34,624 nt of DNA from an uncultured Ruminococcus sp. (GTDB taxonomy: Bacteria; Bacillota; Clostridia; Oscillospirales; CAG-272): contig CADBQA010000111.1 in NCBI GenBank assembly GCA_902796675.1, positions 1 through 34,624 of the forward strand, read 5' to 3'. The first letter of the stretch is position 1. Each line of letters begins with the position of its first letter. The notes under the pieces were generated by a model that was not told where the DNA came from, did no database searches, and saw nothing but the letters and a program-made list of their open reading frames with translations. A program made the translations under genes and the position numbers. This document shows, in pieces, positions 8,166 through 17,892 of this stretch.

Positions 8166-9245
8166 TTAATTTACCTGACTGTCGTAAATGAGCCACTTCG
8201 CGCCGTTCCAGCGATAGTAGAACGTCGTGTCGAACTCGTTCTCAAAGTTCCCGCCCCAGTTGTAAAGGACGTGGAGGAATTTTACTCTTACCGAATAGAG
8301 CGTGTCGCTGTAAACGGTGTACTCGCTGACGCTCGGGTTTTCTATCGAATATCCGTTGTGGGGGTCAGCCCACTTGACGTCCGACGTCAGAAGGTTCGTG
8401 TAGAGCCTTGACGACGGGTCTACGTACTGACCTATCGCGTAGAATCCGGCGTCGAGCTGCATATACGCCGCGAGCTGTTCGCCCGCCGCGAGCGCGAGGT
8501 CGCGCACTTCGTCCGTCAGCTCGGCGTAGGTCTTCGGCACGGTGTAGGAGTTGTCTTTTTCTTCGATCCCCGTTATCTGCGCGCCGTACTTGTCCGTCGC
8601 CGTGACGGTAGGTTTTTGGATCAGCCCTTCGATCTCGTAAACGCACACCGTACCGGGCTCGAAATCCTCGGGAAGGTGTTCGTCACGCGCTTCCTGCTCG
8701 ACGCGGGAAGCGTCTTCCTTTGTAAGAGCGTGTCCGTTGACGTAGACCGTAGCGTCGCCGGGCGCGGTGATCCTTATGCTCTCGCCGCCGGCGATGAGGA
8801 GCTCGATATTCTTAAGTTCCCATATATCGTAACCCGCGTCGTCTACGTTGCCGCCCGGGGCTATCGTGAAGTAGGCGAACTTAAGCTCGCCCGAGGATAC
8901 CGCGTATTTCTGTTCCGCGCTGTTGTTAGCGACTGCGTAGTAAGCCGGTGAGCCGTCAAGGAAGCCCTCGACGAGGTCCTCGGCGACTTTTTCGTCCTCG
9001 AAACGGTTCGAGGTATATCCCGCCGCGCCAATCAGCTTTGCGGCGTCGCCCGGCTTGAAATACTCCTCCATAACGGCGTCGGCGGCGTGATACGGGCGCG
9101 AGGCTTCGTATTCCGCAAGCTTCGTCTTCACCGTCTTAAGAGCGAAAAAGAGAGCTATCAAAAAGATGAAGATAAGGCTGAAATAGACCATATAGAAGAC
9201 GGGAAGAGTTCTCTTTCCGCTTCTTTTGTTCGCGCTTGTGCTCAT
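8166..9245 (-). CDS. Hypothetical membrane-anchored extracytoplasmic protein
   Basis: Single N-terminal TM helix; ATGA overlap with the upstream gene; central 'ITAP..ATVYVNG' beta module; no family recognised. Confidence 0.75.
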   Translation of the reverse strand: MSTSANKRSGKRTLPVFYMVYFSLIFIFLIALFFALKTVKTKLAEYEASRPYHAADAVMEEYFKPGDAAKLIGAAGYTSNRFEDEKVAEDLVEGFLDGSPAYYAVANNSAEQKYAVSSGELKFAYFTIAPGGNVDDAGYDIWELKNIELLIAGGESIRITAPGDATVYVNGHALTKEDASRVEQEARDEHLPEDFEPGTVCVYEIEGLIQKPTVTATDKYGAQITGIEEKDNSYTVPKTYAELTDEVRDLALAAGEQLAAYMQLDAGFYAIGQYVDPSSRLYTNLLTSDVKWADPHNGYSIENPSVSEYTVYSDTLYSVRVKFLHVLYNWGGNFENEFDTTFYYRWNGAKWLIYDSQVN

Positions 9246-10414
9246 TTCGCATCACCCGCCTTTCCTATGACGAAATAGGTGGGCATCGTCCTCGGACGGG
9301 TGAACGCCTTATATTTGTTGACGAGACCGCGTTCCTGGTATTCGTCTCTCGCAGTATCGCGGAACTCGTCGTAAAGGTTGTAGTAGTTCTCGACGTACAT
9401 CATCGCGGAAGAACCGCCGTCGAGCATCGCGGCGTTTACCGCGCCGTACTTGACCATCATATCTATCATATCGTTGTGGGTCGCGCCGAGAGAGGACGCG
9501 GCTCTGCCGTCCGTTACGATGAATATGACGGTCCCGTCGGCGCGCTGACCTATCGCCGTGCGCTGTGCCGTGCCGGTGTTGCCGGAGGCGTAGTAAAACG
9601 AAATATTACCGTCGTCTCCGGTCGAGATAAGGACGTTTCCGTTCTGGAACATAACGGAGTCGCGAACTCCCGCCTCGTCCGCCTCCCACTTTGACATTCC
9701 CTCCCGGCAGATAAGCCTGTCGTTCTTGTCAAAGCCGATGAACGTTCGGTACGCCTCCTGCGGCCATACGCAGACGCCCTGTGAATAGGTGAGACCTATC
9801 GGCTGCGCGCCGGAGCCGTTTCCGCCCGGGTCGGCGAACTCGCCGGCGTTTACGACGCCGAAAGCGTCGTATTTTTCGGCAATCTCATATATCCTCGCGC
9901 CGACAGTCGCCGAGGCGAAGTTATCGGTCGAAGTTCCGACGAAAACTCTTGACGGATCTTTTACAAGCAAAATATAAGCTTTATAAGTGTCGCCGCTGTC
10001 GGTTAAGAGCTGTACTCCGTCGACGGCGCCCTCCCATTCGTCGCGCTCGCCGCCGGGCGTCTCGCCCTTCGCGCCGTGACCGTGGATCTCGGCGTATTCG
10101 GCGGCGGACATAACGTCTACGGTGACTCGCTTTGAGTCTTCCATTATCTCCTCTATCGTCGCCTCGTCAAGGAAGAGCGACGGGACCCATTTGGTCGCGC
10201 TCGCCTGCTTCGCGGAGAGGACGAGCATATTTCTTACGGTCTCGCTCGGTCCGCGCGCCACGACGTAAAGAAGAAGATACGCCGCTAATACTATGAGTAT
10301 CAGAAAAGTGAAGAAGCAAAGGACTATGCGTCTTGCGATACAGCCGCCCGTGAGGCGTCCTTCGCGTCGCTTCTTCCCTTTTTCATATTCCTTAAGCATT
10401 TTGTCCTTGCTCAT
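9242..10414 (-). CDS. Phosphodiester glycosidase family protein (NAGPA/DUF2233), membrane-anchored
   Basis: VNAG.F, RTAIGQRADG..IFIVTDGR, AVNAAMLDGGSS motifs. Confidence 0.88.
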   Translation of the reverse strand: MSKDKMLKEYEKGKKRREGRLTGGCIARRIVLCFFTFLILIVLAAYLLLYVVARGPSETVRNMLVLSAKQASATKWVPSLFLDEATIEEIMEDSKRVTVDVMSAAEYAEIHGHGAKGETPGGERDEWEGAVDGVQLLTDSGDTYKAYILLVKDPSRVFVGTSTDNFASATVGARIYEIAEKYDAFGVVNAGEFADPGGNGSGAQPIGLTYSQGVCVWPQEAYRTFIGFDKNDRLICREGMSKWEADEAGVRDSVMFQNGNVLISTGDDGNISFYYASGNTGTAQRTAIGQRADGTVIFIVTDGRAASSLGATHNDMIDMMVKYGAVNAAMLDGGSSAMMYVENYYNLYDEFRDTARDEYQERGLVNKYKAFTRPRTMPTYFVIGKAGDAK

Positions 10415-11631
10415 TTGTTACTTCGAAATTCCTCCGGTAAAAATTCGTCCGCGATGGTGTCGTGAAGGTAATAATTAAGGTTCTCGAGCTTTAAATATCT
10501 GCCGTAGTTCACAAGTCCGTGGCTTGCAGCCATGTCCTCGGTGAATTGCGAGAGCGGATACACTTTACTGCCGTACCAGTTCTGAGCGAAATAGTAGACG
10601 GTCGGGATAAAAACGACGTTGTCGACCGTGGCGTGTTCGTCTCCGCGCTTGTTGATATCGAAAGAGATAATGCCGCCGAGCATATTGTAGTCGAACGCCT
10701 GCATCGCCATAAAGTTGCCGAGCGAATAAACACAAAGCGTGCGGTTGCCGTCCTTGCCCTCTATCCACTCTATCGGCTGGATGACGTGAGGGTGCGTGCC
10801 GATTATGACGTCGACGCCGCAGTCAGCCATATATTTCGCCCACTCTTTTTCCTCGTCCGTGGGGGTGAAGACGTACTCCTGGCCCCAGTGTACCGAACAG
10901 AGGATGAGGTCGCACTTGCCCTTTACGCTGTCGCACTGGCGTTTGATGTCCTCGCGGTCGAGGTATGGCACCCAGACGTCGTAGTCGGCGCCGATCGTGA
11001 TCCCGTTCGTCATCTCGCAGTACGAAAGAAGAGCGACTTTTATACCGTTTCTTTCGATTATCTCGACGTCGTCGTAGTCGTCGTGGTCGAGGTTGCCGCC
11101 TATCATCACGGTGTCCTGCGCCTTCCAGAACTCTATCGTCGATTTGAGCCCCGCGCCTCCGCGGTCGAGCATATGGTTGTTTGCGATGTTCACAACGTCG
11201 AACCCGAGCTCCACGAGGTCAAGGCCGAGGTCCTGCGGGCAGTTGAACATAGGGTAGAACGCCACATCGCCGCCGTCCATAACGCACTCCTGGTTGATAT
11301 ACGAAATGTCGGCGTTCGCGATTATATCCGCGACGGGCTCGTAAATGGGCTTGAAATTGTAGGTCCTGTTTCCGAGATACGCCTGCGCGGACGCCTCCCA
11401 GAGAGTTCCCTGATAAACTATATTGTCTCCGCAGCCGACGAACGTCGCCGTGAAAGTTTCCGGCTCCGGAGGCTCGGTTTCCGTCTCCGTTACGGGCGCG
11501 GTCTCGCTCTCGCTCTCAATGGAACTGAAGTCTATCGTGTCGAAAACGTTCGGGTCTTCGTCGCTCCACCTGCATGAGGAGAGCGTGACGAGCGCCGACA
11601 GTACAATTAAAACTGATATAAACTTTTTCAT
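10411..11631 (-). CDS. CapA/PGA_cap family metallophosphoesterase lipoprotein
   Basis: Lipobox LSS-C; GD, NQE, ANNHMLD, HWG.EY, GTHPHV, YSLGNF motifs. Start placed at MKKF (11631). Confidence 0.9.
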   Translation of the reverse strand: MKKFISVLIVLSALVTLSSCRWSDEDPNVFDTIDFSSIESESETAPVTETETEPPEPETFTATFVGCGDNIVYQGTLWEASAQAYLGNRTYNFKPIYEPVADIIANADISYINQECVMDGGDVAFYPMFNCPQDLGLDLVELGFDVVNIANNHMLDRGGAGLKSTIEFWKAQDTVMIGGNLDHDDYDDVEIIERNGIKVALLSYCEMTNGITIGADYDVWVPYLDREDIKRQCDSVKGKCDLILCSVHWGQEYVFTPTDEEKEWAKYMADCGVDVIIGTHPHVIQPIEWIEGKDGNRTLCVYSLGNFMAMQAFDYNMLGGIISFDINKRGDEHATVDNVVFIPTVYYFAQNWYGSKVYPLSQFTEDMAASHGLVNYGRYLKLENLNYYLHDTIADEFLPEEFRSNK

Positions 11632-11684
11632 TCCTTCACCTTTATTATAACCATTCAAGGCATATTACGAACATTATACAATAT

Positions 11685-11713
11685 ATGATAACATATATAT
11701 AGTATTTATTCAA
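11685..11713 (-). promoter_or_regulatory. SigA promoter for the capA-NAGPA-hypothetical-PAP2 operon
   Basis: Minus strand TTGAAT-17 nt-TATCAT with extended -10 TG. Confidence 0.6.
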
Positions 11714-11734
11714 GACCTTTTTCAATATTTTGCG

Positions 11735-11763
11735 ACAAAAAAAGCCCTAACGGGCTTTTTTGT
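11735..11763. terminator. Rho-independent terminator of spoIVA
   Basis: aaaaaagccc-taac-gggctttttt. Confidence 0.8.
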
Positions 11764-11768
11764 TTACA

Positions 11769-13238
11769 TTATAAAATAATACAGATAAGTCCCTCCGAGC
11801 CCTCGTTGATAATGCGCGAGAGCGTTTCTGACAGACGGACCCTCGCATCCTCCGGCATATTGTTGAGCTTCGTATGAAGCCCTTCGTTCACAAGGTCGGA
11901 GATCGTCTTGCCGAAAATTCCCGAATCCCATATCGCCGAGGCGTCCGCCTCAAACTCGGAGAGAAGGTGTCCGACGAGCTCCTCCGACTGCTGTTCAGTA
12001 CCGACGACGGGGCGTATCTCCGTCTCTATATCCGCTTTTATCAGGTGTACCGACGGCGCCTTAGCGCGGAGCTTCACCCCCCACGAGCCGTTCTGCTTGA
12101 CGATGACCGGCTCCTCGAGTTCCATTTCGGATACCGACGGCGTGACGATGCCGTATCCTATCCGTTCGACGTCCTCTATCGCCTCGCGGTACTTTTCAAA
12201 TTCTCTCTCCATATCGGACAGCGAGATAAGCTTTGACAGAAGCTCGGCGCGGCTCTTCGCCGTGAAGGACGTAAGCTCGCCTATGACGTCGTAGAAAAGC
12301 CCGTCGTCGACGGTCAGTTTCACGAGCGCCGTGCCGTCGCCGAGAGAAACGTCGTACGCCGACGCCGAGAGCCGTCCGTCGTCACCGTCGAGCTTTATGC
12401 AGCTTGCGTCCGAGAGGCGGTGTGTCGACTCGGCGATCTTCGCGACCGCGTCCTTTATCTCAAGGCGGAGATGATGGTCGTCGGGGAGCGACGACGTCCA
12501 GTCGGGTATCTGAAAAGTTATCTCGCGTATCGGAAACTCAAAGGTCAGCATACCGAGTATCTGGTCGGCGTCCGTTCTGTCGAGCGACGGCGCGGATATC
12601 AGCGCGACGGGCGCGCGGTACTTCTCCTCGAGCGACATCGCAAGCGACTCCGCCCTCTCGCTATCCGGCTCCGCGGAGTTGAGAACTATTACAAACGGGA
12701 CTTCATACTCTTTCAGCTCCGAGACGCACCTCTCCTCGGCGGGTATGTAACTGTCCCGCGGGATATCGCCTATCGACCCGTCGGTCGTGACGAGCACCGC
12801 GACGGTAGAGTGCTCGGTTATGACCTTTTTCGTGCCGAACTCCGCCGCCTTCTCGAAAGGAAGCGCCTCCTCGCTCCACGGGGTCATTACCATGCGAGCC
12901 TCGCCTTCTTCGGTGACGCCCTCCGCGCCGTCGACGACGTAGCCGACGCAGTCGACCATCCTCACCCTCGCGTGCGCGGCGCCGACGTCGACCGTGACGG
13001 CGCGCTCCGGGATGAACTTCGGTTCCGTCGTCATTATAGTCTTGCCGCCCGCCGCCTGAGGCAGCTCGTCAAGCGCCCTCGCCCGTTCGCTCTCGTCCTT
13101 TATGTTCGGTATGACGGCTGACTCCATAAACTTTTTTATAAACGTCGATTTTCCCGTTCTGACAGGTCCCACGACGCCGATGTAGACGTCGCCTCCCGTC
13201 CTTTTCGCGATATCCTCATATATGCTCGTACTCTTCAT
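11769..13238 (-). CDS. spoIVA: Stage IV sporulation protein A (spore coat morphogenetic ATPase)
   Basis: IYEDIAKRTGGDVYIGVVGPVRTGKSTFIKKFM, DELPQ, TTEPKF, DCVGY, C-terminal GLICIIL. Start at 13238 behind ggagg. Confidence 0.97.
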   Translation of the reverse strand: MKSTSIYEDIAKRTGGDVYIGVVGPVRTGKSTFIKKFMESAVIPNIKDESERARALDELPQAAGGKTIMTTEPKFIPERAVTVDVGAAHARVRMVDCVGYVVDGAEGVTEEGEARMVMTPWSEEALPFEKAAEFGTKKVITEHSTVAVLVTTDGSIGDIPRDSYIPAEERCVSELKEYEVPFVIVLNSAEPDSERAESLAMSLEEKYRAPVALISAPSLDRTDADQILGMLTFEFPIREITFQIPDWTSSLPDDHHLRLEIKDAVAKIAESTHRLSDASCIKLDGDDGRLSASAYDVSLGDGTALVKLTVDDGLFYDVIGELTSFTAKSRAELLSKLISLSDMEREFEKYREAIEDVERIGYGIVTPSVSEMELEEPVIVKQNGSWGVKLRAKAPSVHLIKADIETEIRPVVGTEQQSEELVGHLLSEFEADASAIWDSGIFGKTISDLVNEGLHTKLNNMPEDARVRLSETLSRIINEGSEGLICIIL

Positions 13239-13268
13239 ATTTTCCTCCGGAAAAAATCTTTTTGTTAA

Positions 13269-13297
13269 TAGATATGAAGACGGGCGCAAAAAAATAC
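13269..13297 (-). promoter_or_regulatory. Putative SigE promoter of spoIVA
   Basis: Minus strand gtATT-N16-CATATCTA; spoIVA is SigE-controlled in Bacillus and C. difficile. Confidence 0.4.
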
Positions 13298-13320
13298 GCC
13301 GCGTTATCAGCGCGGCGTAT
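13288..13320 (-). terminator. Rho-independent terminator after tgt
   Basis: atacgccgcg/cgcggcgtat stem followed by a U-run on the minus strand. Confidence 0.8.
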
Positions 13321-13327
13321 CATCTTA

Positions 13328-14467
<1,140 letters not shown>

Positions 14468-15508
14468 TTAACTTTCTTCGTCTTTTTCTTTGTCTTCAGC
14501 GACGTCCGATAAACGGAGAGCGTGGAGGGGATTTTTGTTCATCGCCTCCTCCATGCCCTTGTCGCTGACGTGAGTGTATATCTGTGTTGTCGTTAGCTGC
14601 TCGTGCCCGAGGATGTCCTTCAGGACTCTTATGTCGACGTCGCCGCTCTGATACATAAGCGTCGCCGCGGTGTGGCGGAGCTTATGAGTCGAGTAGCCGC
14701 GGTTTTCAAGCCCCGCCTCGTCGAGATACTTTTTTACGAGCCATTGGACCGTCTTGTTTGAAATTCTTTTGCCGAGGCGCGAGAGGAAGAGCGCCTTCTG
14801 CTCCTTCGTTCCGCGTTCGATCTGCGCAAGGCGCACGGGCAAATAGTCTTTTATCGCGTCGCGGCAGGCTTCGTTGAGGTAGATTATCCTCTCCTTGTTG
14901 CCTTTGCCGGTGACGCGAAGAGATCTGTAATCGCGGTCGATGTCGGAGATATTTATGCCGCAAAGCTCCGACAGACGCATACCGCAGTTGAGAAAGAGGG
15001 TTATTATGCAGAAATCGCGCTTGCGGTTCGCGCTGTCCGCGTCGGTGCCGACAGCCTCGAGAAGCGCCACGCTCTCATCGACGGAGAGGTGCTTCGGAAG
15101 GGATTTTTTCTTCTTCGGCGCCTCGATGTCGGCGGCGGGGTTGTTCTCGAGCCTGTGCATCTTGTTGCAGAAATACTTGTAAAAGGCTTTTATGGACGAG
15201 AGCTTTCGGCTCCTCGTCGCCTCGTTGTTGTCTCTCGCATCCATAGCCCACGAAAGATACTCGGTGACGGTGGACGGTTTGACCTTAGCGAAGAAATCGA
15301 GGTCGAGCGAGTCGATCTTCGTCAGCGCGAACGCCTCCTCCGTCGGCTCGCCGCCGCCCCTTGTCACGACGAGATATTTCGAGAACGTGCGAAGATCCGT
15401 CATATACTCCTCGACAGTCTTCGCCGAGCATCCCTGGATCGCTCTCTTGTAATTTGCGAACTCCCTCATGCAGTCGGGAAATTCGTCCATATTGATATGA
15501 TAAGGCAA
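14468..15508 (-). CDS. xerC: Tyrosine recombinase XerC/XerD-like
   Basis: SAM-like N-domain; catalytic R (GMRLSE), K (GKGNKER), HKLRH, LGH, Y (TTQIYTH). Confidence 0.85.
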   Translation of the reverse strand: MPYHINMDEFPDCMREFANYKRAIQGCSAKTVEEYMTDLRTFSKYLVVTRGGGEPTEEAFALTKIDSLDLDFFAKVKPSTVTEYLSWAMDARDNNEATRSRKLSSIKAFYKYFCNKMHRLENNPAADIEAPKKKKSLPKHLSVDESVALLEAVGTDADSANRKRDFCIITLFLNCGMRLSELCGINISDIDRDYRSLRVTGKGNKERIIYLNEACRDAIKDYLPVRLAQIERGTKEQKALFLSRLGKRISNKTVQWLVKKYLDEAGLENRGYSTHKLRHTAATLMYQSGDVDIRVLKDILGHEQLTTTQIYTHVSDKGMEEAMNKNPLHALRLSDVAEDKEKDEES

Positions 15509-15520
15509 ATCCTACCCCTC

Positions 15521-15563
15521 TCAGCTATCAACTATCAGCTATCAGCTATCAACTATCAACTAT
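15521..15563. repeat. Heptamer tandem repeat (TCARCTA)x6
   Basis: tcagcta tcaacta tcagcta tcagcta tcaacta tcaacta fills the space between the stop at 15565 and the xerC RBS. Confidence 0.95.
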
Positions 15564-15564
15564 T

Positions 15565-17856
15565 TTACCTTCCGTCTCCGTAGAAGCCGTCCATGACCCA
15601 GAACATCGGGTCGTAGACGTCCGTTTTGCTCTTCGGGAAGTTGCCAAGCCCTGCGACGCCGGACTGACCTATGTCGACGCAGCGGAAGCCGCCTCCGTTG
15701 ATGTAGTCCCAAAGATATCCGTATCTTTCAAGGTACTCCGCCTTCTCGTCTGCCGTTCCGTTCAGGTACTTCGATTCATACGTCGCGGAGAGACCGAGAA
15801 AGTAAACGTGTATCTGCGCGCGCTCGATCCTCGTCTTCTGCGCGGATTCCGTCGCTTCAGCCTTAGCGTTCTCGAAGAGCTCGAGCATCTCGTCGAAGTG
15901 CTCGCCGAAATACGCCTTGTTGTAGAAGTTCCACGGACGGTCGAAGTTGTTCATGAAGCAGCCCTGGAGGTTGCCGCACTCGTCCTGCATATAGACGTAC
16001 TGCTTGATATAGCGCCAGCCGTCGCCGAACCATATCATAAGGAACTCGTCGAGGTACGCCTCAAACTCCTCCTCGGACATAAAGGGATCCCACATCATGC
16101 GCGCCGCGAGGTAGCCGCGAAGCGTCTCGAAAGTGTAACCGGTGTTGGAGCCTTCGGTGTAGATACCGGTCGTGCCGGTGGAAGCGAGATACTTATAGTC
16201 GTTGTAGATGTTGAGCACGTTCGGGCAGGGCGCTATATAGTAAGCGAAGTTGCAGGCGTAGTACCATACCCAAATGTTGTTTGTAAGCTCCGTCCATCTG
16301 TTGTAGTACTCGACGTCCTGAACGTTTGAAATGTCGTAGGGCGCGTCGACGACCTTCTGGGTCTCAACGTCCCATACTCTTGCGGGGTATCTCGGGTTGC
16401 CGCCCGCCGCCTCGCACTCCTCAACGTGGTCGAAGGTGTGGTTGTTGCAACCGCCGAAGCAGTAGCAGACGCATACGTCGTCGTTCGGACGTGTGTACGC
16501 CGGAGGATTTCTCGCGTCCCAATACGCTATCGTGTAGACGCCGACGCTCGGGTCGATCTCCTTCATCGCGTCGGAAACTCTGTTGGAGAGCCTGAATACC
16601 GTTCCGGCGATACTTCCCTCTTCGGTGTAGACCGCCTTACACGCTGGGCAGGTGCAGAAAGCGGTCGTGTCGTTGGGGGAGCACGAAAGCTGCGTGAAGT
16701 AGACGCCGGGCATCTGACCGCCGGAGGTGCGCTCTTTGTAGAGCATATAGTTGAACTGCATCGCGTGACGGAACGTGTCGTCGCTCGAGAGGCAGGGCTG
16801 GGTCGTCGCGAGGTTGAACTGATCGACGTAGCTGTAATGCTCCGGCGTATTATAGGCGTAGATGCTGAATATTCTCTTTGCCGCCGCGCTGTCGAGGTCC
16901 GTGACGCCCGCGAGGTCGAGCTGACGTCCGACCGCCTCGCTGTATTCGTAAGAGTGTCCGTGGATATAGAGGTTGCCGACGCCGCCGCCGAACTTTGCGT
17001 TCGCCGCTCTGCCGGAGCCTCTCGCGTCGACCGCGTTGAGCTTGAGATTGAGCGCGGTATAGTTATCACCGTCGTTCGTCTCGCCGACGCCTATCTGGTT
17101 GAGTCCGCGGTATACGAACACGGGTATCTCCGTCTCGTCAAATCCCGTCGGGAGGTCGACGCCCGAGCTCTTGTAGATATATTCTATCTTATCTGTAAGG
17201 AAGCGGTAGCCGATGAAGTTCTCGAGAAGATATATCGCCGCGTACATCGGTCCGCGCTTCGCGCCGCAGGTGACGGTGACGTCGCCGTCGTCGTTTACCT
17301 TGACGTTGTAGCCCTCGTCGCCGAGACCGTACTCGTCGTCCTCGTCATACTTGAACTCGATGACGTAGTCCTCGGTGTCCGCTCTGTTATTAACGATATT
17401 CATTTTGATGCCGCAAGCCTTTGACGTCTTCGACGAGAGCATATTGGACGAATATCTCATACATTCATCCGCGTCGGACGGGATAAGTATGGAATATCTC
17501 GCGATATTGCGCCCTCCTATCGTCGCCTTGTCGACTTTATACGCGCCGTCCTCGTTGTTGCCTTCAAGCTCATCAAGCCCCGCTATAACGCGGCGTATCT
17601 TGAGAACGTCCTTTGCGTTGACGTCGGAGTCTGTCACGACGTCGGCTGCCAGCGTGTTGATTTTCTTCGTCTCGTCAAGCCCCGCGATATAGCGGCGCAT
17701 GAGAAGAACGTCCTTCGCGTTGACGTCGTCGTCGTCGTTGGCGTCGCCGGGCAGATAGCCGTGCGCCGTCTTAAGCGCCGTCGCGGCGTACGAGCCTGTC
17801 GTCAGCACCGACGCGAGCATTACGAGTGTCAGAATGAATGCGATAAGTTTTTTCAT
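15565..17856 (-). CDS. Secreted dockerin + DUF4838-like glycoside hydrolase-fold protein (paralogue 4 in transcription order)
   Basis: Signal peptide; duplicated Ca-binding dockerin repeats GDANDDDDVNAKDVLLMRR / ADVVTDSDVNAKDVLKIRR; GH20b-like 'LGDEGY...RGPMYA...LE...GYRFL'; QPCL, SPND...CTCPAC, IAY, WYY, EG, LAARMMWDP. Confidence 0.8.
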   Translation of the reverse strand: MKKLIAFILTLVMLASVLTTGSYAATALKTAHGYLPGDANDDDDVNAKDVLLMRRYIAGLDETKKINTLAADVVTDSDVNAKDVLKIRRVIAGLDELEGNNEDGAYKVDKATIGGRNIARYSILIPSDADECMRYSSNMLSSKTSKACGIKMNIVNNRADTEDYVIEFKYDEDDEYGLGDEGYNVKVNDDGDVTVTCGAKRGPMYAAIYLLENFIGYRFLTDKIEYIYKSSGVDLPTGFDETEIPVFVYRGLNQIGVGETNDGDNYTALNLKLNAVDARGSGRAANAKFGGGVGNLYIHGHSYEYSEAVGRQLDLAGVTDLDSAAAKRIFSIYAYNTPEHYSYVDQFNLATTQPCLSSDDTFRHAMQFNYMLYKERTSGGQMPGVYFTQLSCSPNDTTAFCTCPACKAVYTEEGSIAGTVFRLSNRVSDAMKEIDPSVGVYTIAYWDARNPPAYTRPNDDVCVCYCFGGCNNHTFDHVEECEAAGGNPRYPARVWDVETQKVVDAPYDISNVQDVEYYNRWTELTNNIWVWYYACNFAYYIAPCPNVLNIYNDYKYLASTGTTGIYTEGSNTGYTFETLRGYLAARMMWDPFMSEEEFEAYLDEFLMIWFGDGWRYIKQYVYMQDECGNLQGCFMNNFDRPWNFYNKAYFGEHFDEMLELFENAKAEATESAQKTRIERAQIHVYFLGLSATYESKYLNGTADEKAEYLERYGYLWDYINGGGFRCVDIGQSGVAGLGNFPKSKTDVYDPMFWVMDGFYGDGR

Positions 17857-17868
17857 AAGGGTTCCTCC

Positions 17869-17892
17869 GTGAATGTGCCTGTGTATGTGTAT
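17869..17892. repeat. Degenerate hexamer tandem repeat (GTGnnT)x4
   Basis: gtgaat gtgcct gtgtat gtgtat between the stop codon and the next RBS. Confidence 0.55.

Noticed and set aside
10411-11631. Poly-gamma-glutamate capsule locus (CapA plus a nearby racemase)
   Set aside because: No capB/capC synthetase genes; stand-alone CapA-domain proteins are common
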